Source: Paraspadella gotoi (taxonomy: Eukaryota > Animalia > Chaetognatha). Taken from it: DNA of 64,000 nucleotides. A program made the position numbers and the translations under genes. Positions 38,656 to 51,637 of this stretch are shown here, piece after piece (the stretch's first letter is position 1; the number at the start of each line of letters is the position of its first letter). The notes below the pieces were generated by a model. The model saw only the letters and a program-made list of their open reading frames with translations, did no database searches and was not told where the DNA came from. The stretch is from positions 14,887 through 78,886 of the forward strand of contig JBJCIZ010000810.1 of the NCBI GenBank assembly GCA_051294375.1. Direction: 5' to 3'.

Positions 38656-38691
38656 AAGAAACATCATTGAGAGAGAGAGAGAAGAAGAAAA

Positions 38692-39981
38692 AACAAGTTT
38701 GAGCAAACAATGTCGGATCTGCCTACGATAATTAATTAATTAATTAATTAATCGATTAATTAATTAATTAATTTTAATATGTAATAATTAATTTTAAATT
38801 TATATTCAACTTATCATCATCGATGTCCTTAAAATTGGGTTAGGACAGTTATTAAATATGTTTTGTTTACATTTTATCAAAACAAACAAATATCCTTTAT
38901 TTTATTTTATGTCTCCTTGTCTCTCTCACTCTCTCTCTCTCTCTCTCTTTTTATGCAATTGCGACGATCTTTATGCTTTTAAGATTTTTTTAACTTGCAT
39001 AATTTTTTCACATTAATTAATTAATTAATTAACTAATTAATTAATTTAAACATTTATTAGTAATCATTAATATTAAAGATTCAAGTAAATGTGACTTATG
39101 TTTTCCATCTAAAATCCATTTCCACTGGCACAATTCCGTCAAAACTTTATATAGTTATTATATATTAATAAATATTTAAAAGCTTCAGTGCAACAATCCA
39201 ATGAACTAAATCAAAAAGTTACATTGAAAATCGATTTAGTAGTAAAAGGAAAAAAAAATTTAAAGAGAACTAGGAGTTATAAAAAGTGTTCAATTTTGGC
39301 CCGCCTTACTAGATATTAGGCCGGAACAGGTTGAAAACTAGAAGTTCTCTCAAATGGTTAATGGTTAATGGTTAAGCGACTATTAAATAATATAAAATGA
39401 AAATAATTTTTAAAATTTTGCTTATCAATTTTTTTATAGATTCTGATAGAGCTTTAAAAGTTAGATAAAGGTTATTAATACAACTTTTTTTTTGTTTTAT
39501 TAATGAAAAATTTTTAAAAATAAAATTCAGCCAATAATGATAATGATGATAATTTTTTAAGGTTTTTTCTATTTTTAACCAATTTATTGTCAAAATTTGA
39601 AAAAATTATAGTACTAACTTTCATTTAACTTTTTAAGCTCTACAAGAATCCGTTCTTAAAAAAATCAAATTTTTAAAATTTTTTTTGTCATTTGTTATAT
39701 TATTAATAAATATTTAAAAGCTTCAGTGCAACAACCCAATGAACTAATTCAAAAAGTTACATTGAAATCGATTTAGTAGTAGAAGGAAAAAAGAAATTTT
39801 TTTGAGAGAACTAGAAGTTATAAAAAGTGTTCAATTTTGGCCCACCTTACTAGATATATTGCATGTGATTAAACAATGTTATCGGAATAATAATTTTATC
39901 AATTTTATGTATTTTGTAAGTATTTTAATTATTTTTATTCAGTGAGTAAAATAACTTTTTTATTCGCTAATTTTTATTTCG

Positions 39982-40021
<40 letters not shown>

Positions 40022-40165
40022 AATTGCAACGATCCTTATGCTCATTTTTCTGCTCTCTCTCTGAAGAGAAAAGGCCGAGACCGACGGAGACGTCCAGATC
40101 TGACCCATTCGACCGATTGACCGATCGACCGGACGGACTGACCTGACTCTTTCTCCACCTCTTCT

Positions 40166-40198
<33 letters not shown>

Positions 40199-40562
40199 CA
40201 AACTTACTAGGACGAGATCAAACAAGACAGATTTAGATTCACTGGATCACATTTTAGAGAGACCGTCAACTACTTTCTTACAAAGTTTCTATTACGTTTT
40301 TACTGGAGAATCTTCTACGATTTATTTGATTCTTCTCGATTTGATCTCGATTTTCTCCACGGATTTTATTTACATTTTATTACATTTTTTTACTTTTATT
40401 CACGCATTATTCTTTTCCGACTTTTCGAGCTTCAGTTCATAAAACGTTTTGGGATACTTTTCGCCAGATAAGTTACGACCAAGTGGACCATCCTCACCTC
40501 AAGAGGCTCTCTCTCTCTCTCTTTGCAATTGCGACGATCCTATGCTCATTTTTCTGCTCTCT

Positions 40563-40602
<40 letters not shown>

Positions 40603-42331
40603 TAATAAAGATTCAAGTAAATGTAACTTATGTTTTTTCCATTTAAACTCATTTCCACTGGCACAATTCCGTCAAAACTTTATATCTAGCTTCTTCACAC
40701 AATTTCCTACCCGCTCACAAAATTTCATTTTAATCTATTATTGGTTAAAATAAGTAAAAAGATTCAAGTAAATGTGACTCATATTTTTTTCATTTAAACT
40801 CATTTCCACTCGTACGTTTCCACCGAAACTTTATATCAAGCATCGTTACACATTTTTCTACCCACACAAAAAATTTGAACTCAATCTATCCATCCAATTA
40901 TAATTAATTACTAATTAGAGTACTTATTGGTTAAAATAATTAAAAATATTTTAGTAAATGCGACTTATGTTTTTTCCTCTTAAACTCACACGATTCCGTC
41001 GAAACTTTATATCCAGCTTTATCACACACTTTCCTACCCACACACAAAATTTCTTTTCCAATCCAACCAGCCAATCACGAGTTATTGGAGCTTTGCTAAG
41101 GTGGGACGGATGGACGGATTGATTGACTGATTAATTAATTATTGATTAATTAATTGACTAATTGATTAATTAACTGATTAATTATTTGATTTATTAATAC
41201 ATCCTGGATATACATTTAATATAAAAGGAAAAAGAATTATAATGAATTAGTGAAACAGGTTTTTTTGTGTTTTTTTCCATTTAAACTCATTTTCACTCAA
41301 AAGATTCCATCGAAACTTGGTTTCCTGTTCAATCACACACTTTTCTACTCACATACAAAATTCCAGGTCAATCGATAATTAAGTGGTAATAAGCTAACTT
41401 GGTCAACTTGCATAATTTTATCAACTGGCATAATTTTATCAACTGGCATAATTTTATCAACTGGCCTAATTTGGTCAACTGGCCTAATTTGGTCAACTAG
41501 CATAATTCAACTTGCAGAATTTGGTCAACTGGCATAATTTGGTCAACTAAGAATTTGGTCAACTGGCATATTTTTGTCAATTGGCATAATTTGGTCAATC
41601 AATCAATCAATCAATCAACATCAATCAATCAATCAGAGAGAGATAGAGAGAAACTTTAAAAAATTCAAATTAAATGTGTCTTTTGGTTTTCTAATTTGAA
41701 CTCTTTTCCACTCCTACGATTCCATCAAAAAATTTATATCCAGCTTTATCACATACTTTCCTACCCACACACAAAATTCCATTTCGATTTATCTATTCAA
41801 TTTTTAATAAACATAATAATTATGAGTAAATTGAAGTAAAATACTTCAAGTAAATATGACTTTTGTTTTTCCATTTTAACTCATTTCCACTCGCACGATT
41901 CCATCGAAACTTTATATCCAGCTCAATCACACACTTCCCTACCATCATACAAAATTTCAAGTCAATTGCCCTATCCACTCATGAGCAATTGGCGTTCAAA
42001 TAGTGAAATATATTTTTTTTGTTTTTTCCATTTAAACCAATTTCCACTCGCACGATTCCCTCGAAACTTCATATCCATCTCAATCACACAGTTTCCTACC
42101 CACACACAAAATTTCATACCAATCCATCCATACAATCACGAGTAATTGGAGTTTTTTGCTAAGGTGGGACGACGGACGGACGACGGACATCGTTTTTTTT
42201 GCATAATTTATCATAATTCGATGTTCTGACATGATATAAGTGTGTGCCCGACAATATTGAGGGGCGGACCGACCGACCGAAAAAGTGAGTTAGAGAGTCG
42301 GGATCTGCTGATAAGCAGATCCGACTAAAAA
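38692..42331 (-). mobile_element. Expanded Helentron-type (HINE-like) composite insertion between the penton and core genes
   Basis: Same termini as 11871-12547 (AACAAGTTTGAGCAAACAA-TGTCGGATCTG ... GTCGGGATCTGCTGATAAGCAGATCCGACTAAAAA); repeated ~150-bp core units, 18-bp minisatellite, (GGAC)n and (TC)n tracts. Confidence 0.7.
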
Positions 42332-42340
42332 TCTGACCTC

Positions 42341-42820
42341 ATGATTTATCCACTCAAACTACCTTTCAATCATTTGCGGGGGTTATCAAAATATGCCACT
42401 CCTACTTATCGTGGGTCTGGATATGGGGGAATTATTGGCCATTCCGTCCCTCAGACTGGTCAGAACATGTTTCAGTCCCTCGCCAGCTTTTTCAAACCGC
42501 TTTTAAGGTCCATTGGTCCAGCGGTTAAGTCCTTAAAACCTTGGGCTTTGAAAGTTATGAAAAAATTGGGAAAGGCAACGGTGGACAGCGGTATAGGAGC
42601 TGACGCTTTAACGGGCAGGTTACAACGAAGGAAGCCTTAAAAGAGGGCGTTACGGAAACTAAAAAAAAAGGAAAAAAAAATTTAAAAAAAGAAATTCCTG
42701 AGCAAACCTATAAAAGAATTAAAACATAAAAAAATCTTCAGTTTGGTTCGGGGAAAAAAAAAAAAAAAAAGCGACGTAGAAAAGAAGACAAAAAAAAACC
42801 GCGACAGAGCAAACTGTTAA
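42341..42820 (+). pseudogene. Maverick basic core protein, copy 1 (homopolymer frameshifts)
   Basis: Same sequence as 44243-44728 with indels. Confidence 0.7.
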
Positions 42821-42838
42821 AAATATTCTATTATCGTC

Positions 42839-44213
42839 ATGGCCTTTGCGGACGATAACCTGACTCGCGGATATGGTGTGGATCCACACGCGGAATGCGT
42901 TCACGGGGCTCTGGATCTGTTACAAACCAGCCTATGATGCAAAAGCAAGTGGAATCTTGTTACTATGAGGAAATTTTACCTCTAAACTCACTGGCTGAGA
43001 ATAGGTAATAATAAATTCTTAATTGTAAACTGAAAAAGAATAATTAGTCTTTCAACATGTTTTTTTTTCAGTACTGCGAATTCTATCCATTTTTCGTTGC
43101 CGCCTTCCATGGATATGACAGCTTTGAATGAAAGTTACTACTCTGTAACTCTCAAGGTCGTTAAAAGTTTGGGTGCGCCTTTGGATCCGTTTACGGCGCC
43201 AAATGCAACGACGAAAAAGGGTAATCACGTGGCTTTAACCCAAATGGCCGCTTCTAGTTTATGGGCGGACGTCAATTATAAGCTGCAGCATGTCTACACC
43301 AACGATGTGAATCAAACATACCCTTACAAGGCAGATCTACTCGTCGAGCTCAACTATTCTAAAAACGTCAAGGAAAAAAAAATGCGCCTGGCTGGTTGGT
43401 GTTCGGATCCGGACAAAACGGTAGAGTTGCCCAATGCCTTAGCAAGCGAAGAATCGGGTTTTAAAACCCACGCATCTTGGACGAAGAGTGGTGAATTGCT
43501 TTTATACGGCGCCATCTTTTCACCAATGTTCTTACAATCGAGATTATTATTGCCACAAACTTACAGCAATCTAGAATTTCAAAAATCTTCTATGGCTTTT
43601 GTACTTGATAGCAACAGCGATAACAACGAATTTAAAGTGGTACTAACGGGAATGAGCTTGTATCTCAAAAGGGTCGTCATGGCTGCTTCGTTCAAGTTGC
43701 AACTCGAGGATAAATTGGCGCGTGGCAGTCTCGCAAGATACGTTTGCAAAGTGACCAGCGTTCGTACTTTTAACATCTCGGCCAATCAGAAACTGGCCAC
43801 GTTCGAATCAATCTATGACAACAATATAATTCCATTTTTCAGCGCCATCGCAATTGTGACGACCGAGAGTTTTGTGGGAAATTTCAGAAATCCTTTTAAT
43901 TATCACCATCACAATGTGACATCGTTAAAGGTGTCTTATTCTAAACTCACTTTGCCCGGAACGGACGGCTTCAAGACAAATTTTCATACGGGAGAAGAAG
44001 ACTACTTACAAGGGTATTTAAATCTTCAAAGGGACGACTTCCATCTCAACGGTTGCATCGACTTGACTTTGGACGAGTGGGCCAAAAAAGGATATACCAT
44101 CTGGAATATAGGTAAAGAAGATTAAAATTAATTTCGTACGAAAAAACTACAACTTAAATTTCCCCCCCTTTTTTTTCAGGAACTCCTTATTGGACCCCTT
44201 ACAACAGCGACCA
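42839..44213 (+). CDS. Major capsid protein (double jelly-roll), copy 1, two introns, runs into a gap
   Basis: ECVHGALDLLQP..VQ..VE..YYEEILPLNSL, intron 43005-43071, IHFSLPP.MD..ALNESY..V.LKV, YPYKA, FLQSRLL, NPFNYHH, GYTIW, intron 44112-44179. Exon 1 has small indels in this copy that are absent from the 44748-44883 copy. Confidence 0.9.
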
Positions 44214-44242
44214 NNNNNNNNNNCGACTAAAAATCTGACCTC

Positions 44243-44728
44243 ATGATTTATCCACTCAAACTACCTTTCAATCATTTGCGGGTGGGGTTATCAAAATATG
44301 CCACTCCTACTTATCGTGGGTCTGGATATGGGGGAATTATTGGCCATTCCGTCCCTCAGACTGGTCAGAACATGTTTCAGTCCCTCGCCAGCTTTTTCAA
44401 ACCGCTTTTAAGGTCCATTGGTCCAGCGGTTAAGTCCTTAAAACCTTGGGCTTTGAAAGTTATGAAAAAATTGGGAAAGGCAACGGTGGACAGCGGTATA
44501 GGAGCTGACGCTTTAACGGGCAGGTTACAACCGAAGGAAGCCTTAAAAGAGGGCGTTACGGAAACTAAAAAAAAAGCAAAAAAAAATTTAAAAAAAGAAT
44601 TCCTGAGCAAACCTATAAAAGAATTAAAACATAAAAAAAAGCTTCAGTTTGGTTCGGGGAAAAAAAAAAAAAAAAAGCGACGTAGAAAAAAGAAGACAAA
44701 AAAAAACCGCGACAGAGCAAACTGTTAA
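44243..44728 (+). CDS. Maverick basic core protein (adenovirus pVII/pX-like), 161 aa
   Basis: YRGSGYGG, QTG..MFQSLASFFKPLL amphipathic segment, QFGSG followed by a poly-K/R tail; lies directly upstream of the major capsid gene. Confidence 0.75.
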   Translation: MIYPLKLPFNHLRVGLSKYATPTYRGSGYGGIIGHSVPQTGQNMFQSLASFFKPLLRSIGPAVKSLKPWALKVMKKLGKATVDSGIGADALTGRLQPKEALKEGVTETKKKAKKNLKKEFLSKPIKELKHKKKLQFGSGKKKKKKRRRKKKTKKNRDRANC

Positions 44729-44883
44729 AAATATTCTATTAATCGTCATGGCCTTTGCGGACGATAACCTGACTCGCGGATATGGTGTGGATCCACACGC
44801 GGAATGCGTTCACGGGGCTCTGGATCTGTTACAACCAGCCTATGTGCAAAAGCAAGTGGAATCTTGTTACTATGAGGAAATTT

Positions 44884-47720
44884 CGATAATTAAGTGGTTA
44901 ATGAGCTAACTTGGGTCCACTTGGCATAAATTTATCAACTGGGCATAATTTTATCATATAATACAACTGGCTAATTTAGGTCAACTGGCCTTAATTTGGT
45001 CAATGCGTAGCATAATTCAACTGCATTGGCATGATGATTTGTTATTAGATTGGTCACGAGTTCTTGTCTGGCAAATTTAGTCAAGTCTAAACATCAATCA
45101 TCAATTCAATCAACTCAATAATTCAGTAGCAGGATAGAAGAACTTACATACTATAATAAAATTCAAATAATGGTGTCTTTGTGGTTTTCTCTAAATTTGA
45201 ACTCTTTTCCACTCCTACGATTCCATCAAAAAATTTATATCCAGCTTTATCACATACTTTCCTACCCACACCAAAATATTCCATTTCGATTTATCTATTC
45301 AATTTTTAATAAACATAATAATTATGAGTAATTTGAAGTAAAATACTTCAAGTAAATATGACTTTGTTTTTTCCATTTTAACTCATTTCCACTCGCACGA
45401 TTCCATCGAAACTTTATATCCAGCTCAATCACACACTTCCCTACCATCATACAAAATTTCAAGTCAATTGCCCTATCACTCATGAGCATTGGCGTTCAAA
45501 ATAGTGAAATATATTTTTTTGTTTTTTCCATTTAAACCAATTTCCACTCGCACGATTCCCTCGAAACTTCATATCCATCTCAATCACACAGTTTCCTACC
45601 CACACACAAAATTTCATACCAATCCATCCATACAATCACGAGTAATTGGAGTTTTGCTATAGGTGGACGGACGGACGGACGGACGGACATCGTTTTTTTT
45701 TGGCATAATTTATCATAATTCGATGTTCTGACATGATATAAGTGTGTGCCCGACAATATTGAGGGGCGCGGACCGACGGACCGAAAAGTGAGTTAGAGAG
45801 TCGGGATCTGCTGATAAGCAGATCCGACTAAAAATCTGACCTCATGATTTATCACTCAAACTACCTTTCAATCATTTGCGGTGGGGTTATCAAAATATGC
45901 CACTCCTACTTATCGTGGGTCTGGATATGGGAATTATTGGCATTCCGTCCCTCAGACTGGTCAGAACATGTTTCAGTCCCTCGCCAGCTTTTTCAAACCG
46001 CTTTTAAGGTTCCATTGGTCCAGCGGTTAAGTCCTTAAAACCTTGGGCTTTGAAAGTTATGAAAAAATTGGGAAAGGCAACGGTGGACAGCGCGTATAGG
46101 AGCTGACGCTTTAACGGGCAGGTTACAAACCGAAGGAAGCCTTAAAAGAGGGCGTTACGGAAACTAAAAAAAAAAGGCAAAAAAAAATTTAAAAGAATTC
46201 CTGAGCAAACCTATAAAAGAATTAAAACATAAAAAAAACTTCAGTTTGGTTCGGGAAAAAAAAAAAAAAAAAGCGACGTAGAGAAAAAGAAGACAAAAAA
46301 AAACCGCGACAGAGCAAACTGTTTAAAAATATTCTATTAATCGTCATGGCCTTGCGGACGATACCTGACTCGCGGATATGGTGTGGATCCACACGCGGAA
46401 TGCGTTCACGGGGCTCTGGATCTGTTACACGACCAGCCTATGTGCAAAAGCAAGTGGAATCTTGTTACTATGAGGAATTTTACCTCTAAACTCACTGGCA
46501 TGGAATAGGTTATATATTCTTAATTGTAAACTGAAAAAGAATAATTAGTCTTTCAACATGTTTTTTTTCAGTACTGCGAATTCTATCCATTTTCGTTGCC
46601 GCCTTCCATGGATATGACAGCTTTGAATGAAAGTTACTACTCTGTAATCTTCAAGTCGTTAAAAGTTTGGGTGCGCCTTTGGATCCGTTTACGGCGCCAA
46701 ATGCAACGACGAAAAAGGGTAATCACGTGGCTTTAACCCAAATGGCCGCTTCTAGTTTATGGCGGACGTCAATTATAAGCTGCAGATGTCTACACCAACG
46801 ATGTGAATCAAACATACCCTTACAAGGCAGATCTACTCGTCGAGCTCAACTATTCTAAAACGTCAAGGAAAAAAAATGCGCCTGGCTGGTTGGTGTTCGG
46901 ATCCGGACAAAACGGTAGAGTTGCCCAATGCCTTAGCAAGCGAAGAATCGGGTTTTAAAACCCACGCATCTTGGACGAAGAGTGGTGAATTGCTTTTATA
47001 CGGCGCCATCTTTTCACCAATGTTCTATACAATCGAGATTATTATTGCCACAAACTTACAGCGATCTAGAATTTCAAAAATCTTCTATGGCTTTTGTACT
47101 CGATAGCAACAGCGATAACAACGAATTTAAAGTGGTACTAACGGGAATGAGCTTGTATCTCAAAAGGGTCGTCATGGCTGCTTCGTTCAAGTTGCAACTC
47201 GAGGATAAATTGGCGCGTGGCAGTCTCGCAAGATACGTTTGCAAAGTGACCAGCGTTCGTACTTTTAACATCTCGGCCAATCAGAAACTGGCCACGTTCG
47301 AATCAATCTATGACAACATATAATTCCATTTTTCAGGCCATCGCAATTGTGACGACCGAGAGTTTTGTGGGAAATTTCAGAAATCCTTTTAATTATCACC
47401 ATCCAATGTGACATCGTTAAAGGTGTCTTATTCTAAACTCACTTGCCCGGACGGACGGCTTCAAGACAAATTTTCATACGGGAGAAGAAGACTACTTACA
47501 AGGGTATTTAAATCTTCAAAGGGACGACTTCCATCTCAACGGTTGCATCGACTTGACTTTGGACGAGTGGGCCAAAAAAGGATATACCATCTGGAATATA
47601 GGTAAAGAGAGATTTAAATTAATTTCGTACGAAAAAACTAAACAATTAAATTTCCCCCCCTTTTTTTTCAGGAACTCCTTATTGGACCCTTACAACAGCG
47701 ACCATGCTGAAATGAGACGA
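44884..47720 (+). repeat. Indel-rich tandem re-copy of 41373-44213 (HINE end, core, major capsid)
   Basis: Differs from the first copy almost only by 1-2 nt indels. Confidence 0.85.
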
Positions 47721-48483
47721 TCGATAATAAGGCGTAGTGAAAGTTACTATACGAAAATTCTAAAAGTCAATTATGAACAACATACCATCAGTGAACATTA
47801 ATTTGTAAAAAAAATTAATTTTATGTTTTTTAATTTTCGGCAGTAGGGCTAATATTTATATTATAGTACTATCCTTATAAAATCAAAATTTTCAAAGTAG
47901 GCTTTTCTTAATTTTGATTGCAGATTTGAATTCTTCGTCAAAAGTTGATAGAAGAAAATATAAATCATTTTAAAAAATTTCTTTCATTAAGTGGTGTTAA
48001 AAATTAAAAAAACTATATTATATATATAAAAAGTTAATTTTCAGCTTAAAATATAGCTTTTCTCTAATTTTTGACCCACTTAATGAAGGAATTTTCAAAA
48101 AAGAGTTATATTTCTTTTTATCAACTTTTTATGACGAATCCAAATCTGCAAAAAAATCTTTAAAAAAAACTGTTTTGAAATTTTAACATTTATTGGTTTA
48201 GTACTAGTATAAATATGGCTTACTGCGTAAATTGTAAAATTTATTATAAATTTTTTGATTACATAAATGTTCATTATATATAATGTTGTTCGTTCTCCAC
48301 TTTTAGAATTTTAGTTAAAGTTAAATTTAGAAATTTTACTACGCCTTAGTCGATAATGCAAGACTTCAGATCCAATTCCATCCAAAATCCGAAAACAAAG
48401 CTTTAACAGTATTGATTTTATCGACTTTTGATGCTACTTTAACAATGTCATCTGACTGAAAAGGTGTCAAAAGAGATTACTAA
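46346..48483 (+). pseudogene. Major capsid protein, full-length noisy copy interrupted by a MITE
   Basis: Same introns as copy 1; removing 47728-48348 gives HAEMRR-VDNARLQIQF...LTVLILSTFDATLTM...VKRDY* (48349-48483, one internal stop). Confidence 0.8.
47728..48348. mobile_element. hAT-like MITE inserted in the last major capsid exon
   Basis: TIR TAAGGCGTAGT...ACTACGCCTTA; 8-bp TSD (G/A)TCGATAA; second copy at 105-626. Confidence 0.8.
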
Positions 48484-48501
48484 AAAAACAAAACAAAAAA
48501 C

Positions 48502-48568
48502 ATGAATACTTTGGAAATTGAAAAAAATTCTAACAGGACGTCTGCACTAAAAATCTATTTTTGGGAGT
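48502..48568 (+). pseudogene. True N-terminus of the adenain protease (MNTLEIEK..RTSALKIYF-LG), cut by a gap
   Basis: Starts 18 nt after the major capsid stop; joins naturally to VFPMNRVP at 57980. Confidence 0.65.
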
Positions 48569-48593
48569 NNNNNNNNNNNNNNNNNNNNNNNNN

Positions 48594-49150
48594 TTACCTC
48601 TAAACTCACTGGCTGAGAAATAGGTAATAATAAATTCTTAATTGTAAACTGAAAAAGAATAATTAGTCTTTCAACATGTTTTTTTTCAGTACTGCGAATT
48701 CTATCCATTTTCTTCGTTGCCGCCTTCCATGGATATGACAGCTTTGAATGAAAGTTACTACTCTGTAACTCTCAAGTCGTTAAAAGTTTGGGTGCGCCTT
48801 TGGATCCGTTTACGGCGCCAAATGCAACGACGAAAAAGGCGTAATCACGTGGCTTTAACCCAAATGGCCGCTTCTAGTTTATGGGCGGACGTCAATTATA
48901 AGCTGCACATGTCTACACCAACGATGTGAATCAAACATACCTTACAAGGCAGATCTACTCGTCGAGCTCAACTATTCTAAAAAGTCAAGGAAAAAAAAAT
49001 GCGCCTGGCTGGTTGGTGTTCGGATCCGGACAAAACGGTAGAGTTGCCCAATGCCTTAGCAAGCGAAAATCGGGTTTTAAAACCACGCATCTTGGACGAA
49101 GAGTGGTGAATTGCTTTTATACGGCGCCATCTTTTCACCAATGTTCTTAC
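48594..49150 (+). pseudogene. Major capsid fragment truncated by a retroelement insertion
   Basis: Matches 42975-43535 including intron 1; homology stops abruptly at ATGTTCTTAC (49150). Confidence 0.8.
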
Positions 49151-49490
49151 CGTAAAACAGTAGACCAAACCTTTTTGTTGGAAACACTTTAAATGTTTTT
49201 ACTAAGGAAGCATGTTTATTTATTTTCAACAGGTTATTCCAAGAGATGACGAGTTAAGAGAAAGAGGATATTAATTATTTCAGTTCTATTTCATACGTCC
49301 TCTAGATCGCGTTCAGTCTTCAATGTTCTTGGTTTCTCTCTCCCTTTCACTCCTCTTGCATGCTCTATCTATCCCTCCTCTCTCGTTAGTCTATGCCTCT
49401 CTCTCTCTCCTATCCTCCGTATGCTCTGCTCAGCTAAGTGCGTTGCGCGGTTGAGCTGTTCTAGCCGTCGATGGACCTTCCCCCCTTCTT
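49151..49490 (-). repeat. Putative 3' LTR (49151-49475) with polypurine tract (49476-49490)
   Basis: Minus-strand AAGAAGGGGGGAAGG just after env; AATAAA at ~49215; no second LTR in the window to confirm. Confidence 0.5.
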
Positions 49491-49569
49491 AAAAAGGGCC
49501 GTAGGAGGGTTTGTTGATAGCTATATCACCGACGAGCTTGATTTACGCTGTTGTATGGAGGAGCGTCGA

Positions 49570-51637
49570 AACCGAATTGTAGGATTAGTCTTTGCCGTCG
49601 CTGAACCGCAAGCTGCCTTCTCCTTTGTTCCTATATGCTGCGCAGGCCGGCAGAGCGTACAACATGATAAACTAGCAGCATGCATGATGCAATGCAACTC
49701 GTACGGGTAGTGCTGACATGTGATGATCCGATTGCCGATCGGTGGGCGCGATTGTTTGCCTAGGTCGCTCAGAGAGAGTGAAGGGGTGCGTCGGAAAGAT
49801 TTTTCTGAGAACGAGGTTACTGAGGCGTCGGTGTATCTCGGCCTTTTCTTTGGACGAATTCGTGTCGAACGCCAGCGCTCCTCGATGTTTCGCATGAACT
49901 TCTGTGCCGTGACATCCTGCGAACATAATATCGCTTCCGACGAGACGCAGTCGCGGGCGAGGAGACGGTCAGCGTCGCGTTATGCGTTTATGGCTCGCTC
50001 GCTGGCCGATTCGTATGGCCACCGTATCTCGAGACGGGTTGGTGTAGACGGCGCTAGGGTCGCTCCAGGGAATGATCGTAACTGAACTCAGGTTGAAATC
50101 CCCGCTATGGTCGATACCCTGTTCTTTCCTCTTGTATGCTGATCTGGCTTATGACGTGAATAGCTATGCGGCTGTGTTGCGGCGCAGCGCCAAGTGTCCT
50201 TTCGCTAAGTACCGCCGAGTTAGTCGCCGCGCAGTGATGCGCTGTACCCTGTTCCTTTTCCGACGGAAAGTGGCTTGATGCTTGGAGAGTAGATGTGCTT
50301 TCTCGGGCTGCGAAGGCGGCGCTCTTTCGTTTGGCGATACATAATCTCTGCGGCGGAGATGCGTCAGTGAAGCTGGTCAATCGGTCCTTGGTACGTTGGG
50401 CAGTGGCGTACGGACTTTCGATGATGCGCGCCAGCGGCGTGTGATCCTTTCGAATGAGGTCGGTCTGTCATTCGAAAACGACGAAAAAGTTGTGGTGAAG
50501 ACCGTGGCTGTTCGGCGCTGTGTTCTGCAGCCGCGTGAGCGTTCTTCTTTTCCGGCGATCTGAGTGTGAAGGGCGCCTGGCTGTTGAACCGGCGCGCAGG
50601 CGAATGGCATTTGTTATGTGGCAATCGGTGTTCCAGCATTGTTTGTTTCGAATGAAGGAAAATTGTGCAACGGGCCCAGCAGCTCCTGGTTTCACTACGA
50701 AGGAGACTGGCTGTTCCGTCTTTGCACGGTGGTGCCATTCCGCCGTTTGGCCAATGTTTCGCGGAAGTGTCGTTTCGCTCGGTCCGCCATTTGTCGGCGT
50801 TCTGGATAAAAAATCGTCGTGGCTTCTGAATTATACTCCTCTTCATGGCGTCCTCCGCTCGGCAGCTCCGTAGTTCCACGAGAATCAATTCCTCCTGGGT
50901 AACCGCACTGGCGCTGTGCGATGTCGGCAGCGCCCGTGCTTTCGTCCGTCTGGTCTCCTTGGATCTTTACTCCGCGAGAATCATAGAGCGTGAGTTCGAC
51001 AAGCGAGTTTCGCGTTTTCAGCCTTTCATTGGAATGTTCGTGGAATTGTGAATTTTTCTCCGGTGCCAGGCCGCCGTCGGCGTTCGTTTGTTTCCGATTC
51101 TATGGGTGACGGATGTTTAGTCCCCGATGGTAGCCACGCATGGCGGAGTGGGCGGAATAGGTCCGTGTCGTCCGTAGGTGCGAATGGGTAGTGGCCTCTC
51201 CGCGTGATCGTGTCGACCGCCATCGGAGATCGAGAACATTGGCTCCTCGGGAATCGTAAAATGGTCGATAACCGTCGATGTTTGGGTAACACTTATCGAC
51301 CAGCGGCCGCAGTACCTTCCGTCGCGTATGAATGGTGAGGTCGCATCCTTTGACTTCGTGTTCATAATTTTCCGGAAACGTAGACTATTTCCAACTTCGC
51401 CGAAAGGTTTTTCCTTCTGCTTTTCCGGCCATTTCGCCATCTGCGCTTCGTCTATCGCCAGCCGCGCGCGTGATCTGACGTCCTGTTGCAGTCGAACACT
51501 GTGACTCGCCGGTCCCAAGTGCGTCTGCTCCGAGGATTGACCTTCCGGTCGGAACTGGGTAAGTTGGGCGTCGGCGAATGTCCCGGGATATAGGCCTGCG
51601 GCGATGGGCGAGATGCGACGATGGTGGTGACTTTCAA
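49570..51637 (-). pseudogene. env-like gene resembling chuvirus-type envelope glycoprotein
   Basis: Across frameshifts: signal-like KVTTIV.LAIAAGLY, VTVFDC (51488-51505), EVKGCDLTIH..RYCGRWS (51300-51357), IG.TNADGG.TGEKF, QCGYPGG, GKGTGYSASLRGD (50223-50261), hydrophobic FIMLYAL near the end. Confidence 0.65.
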
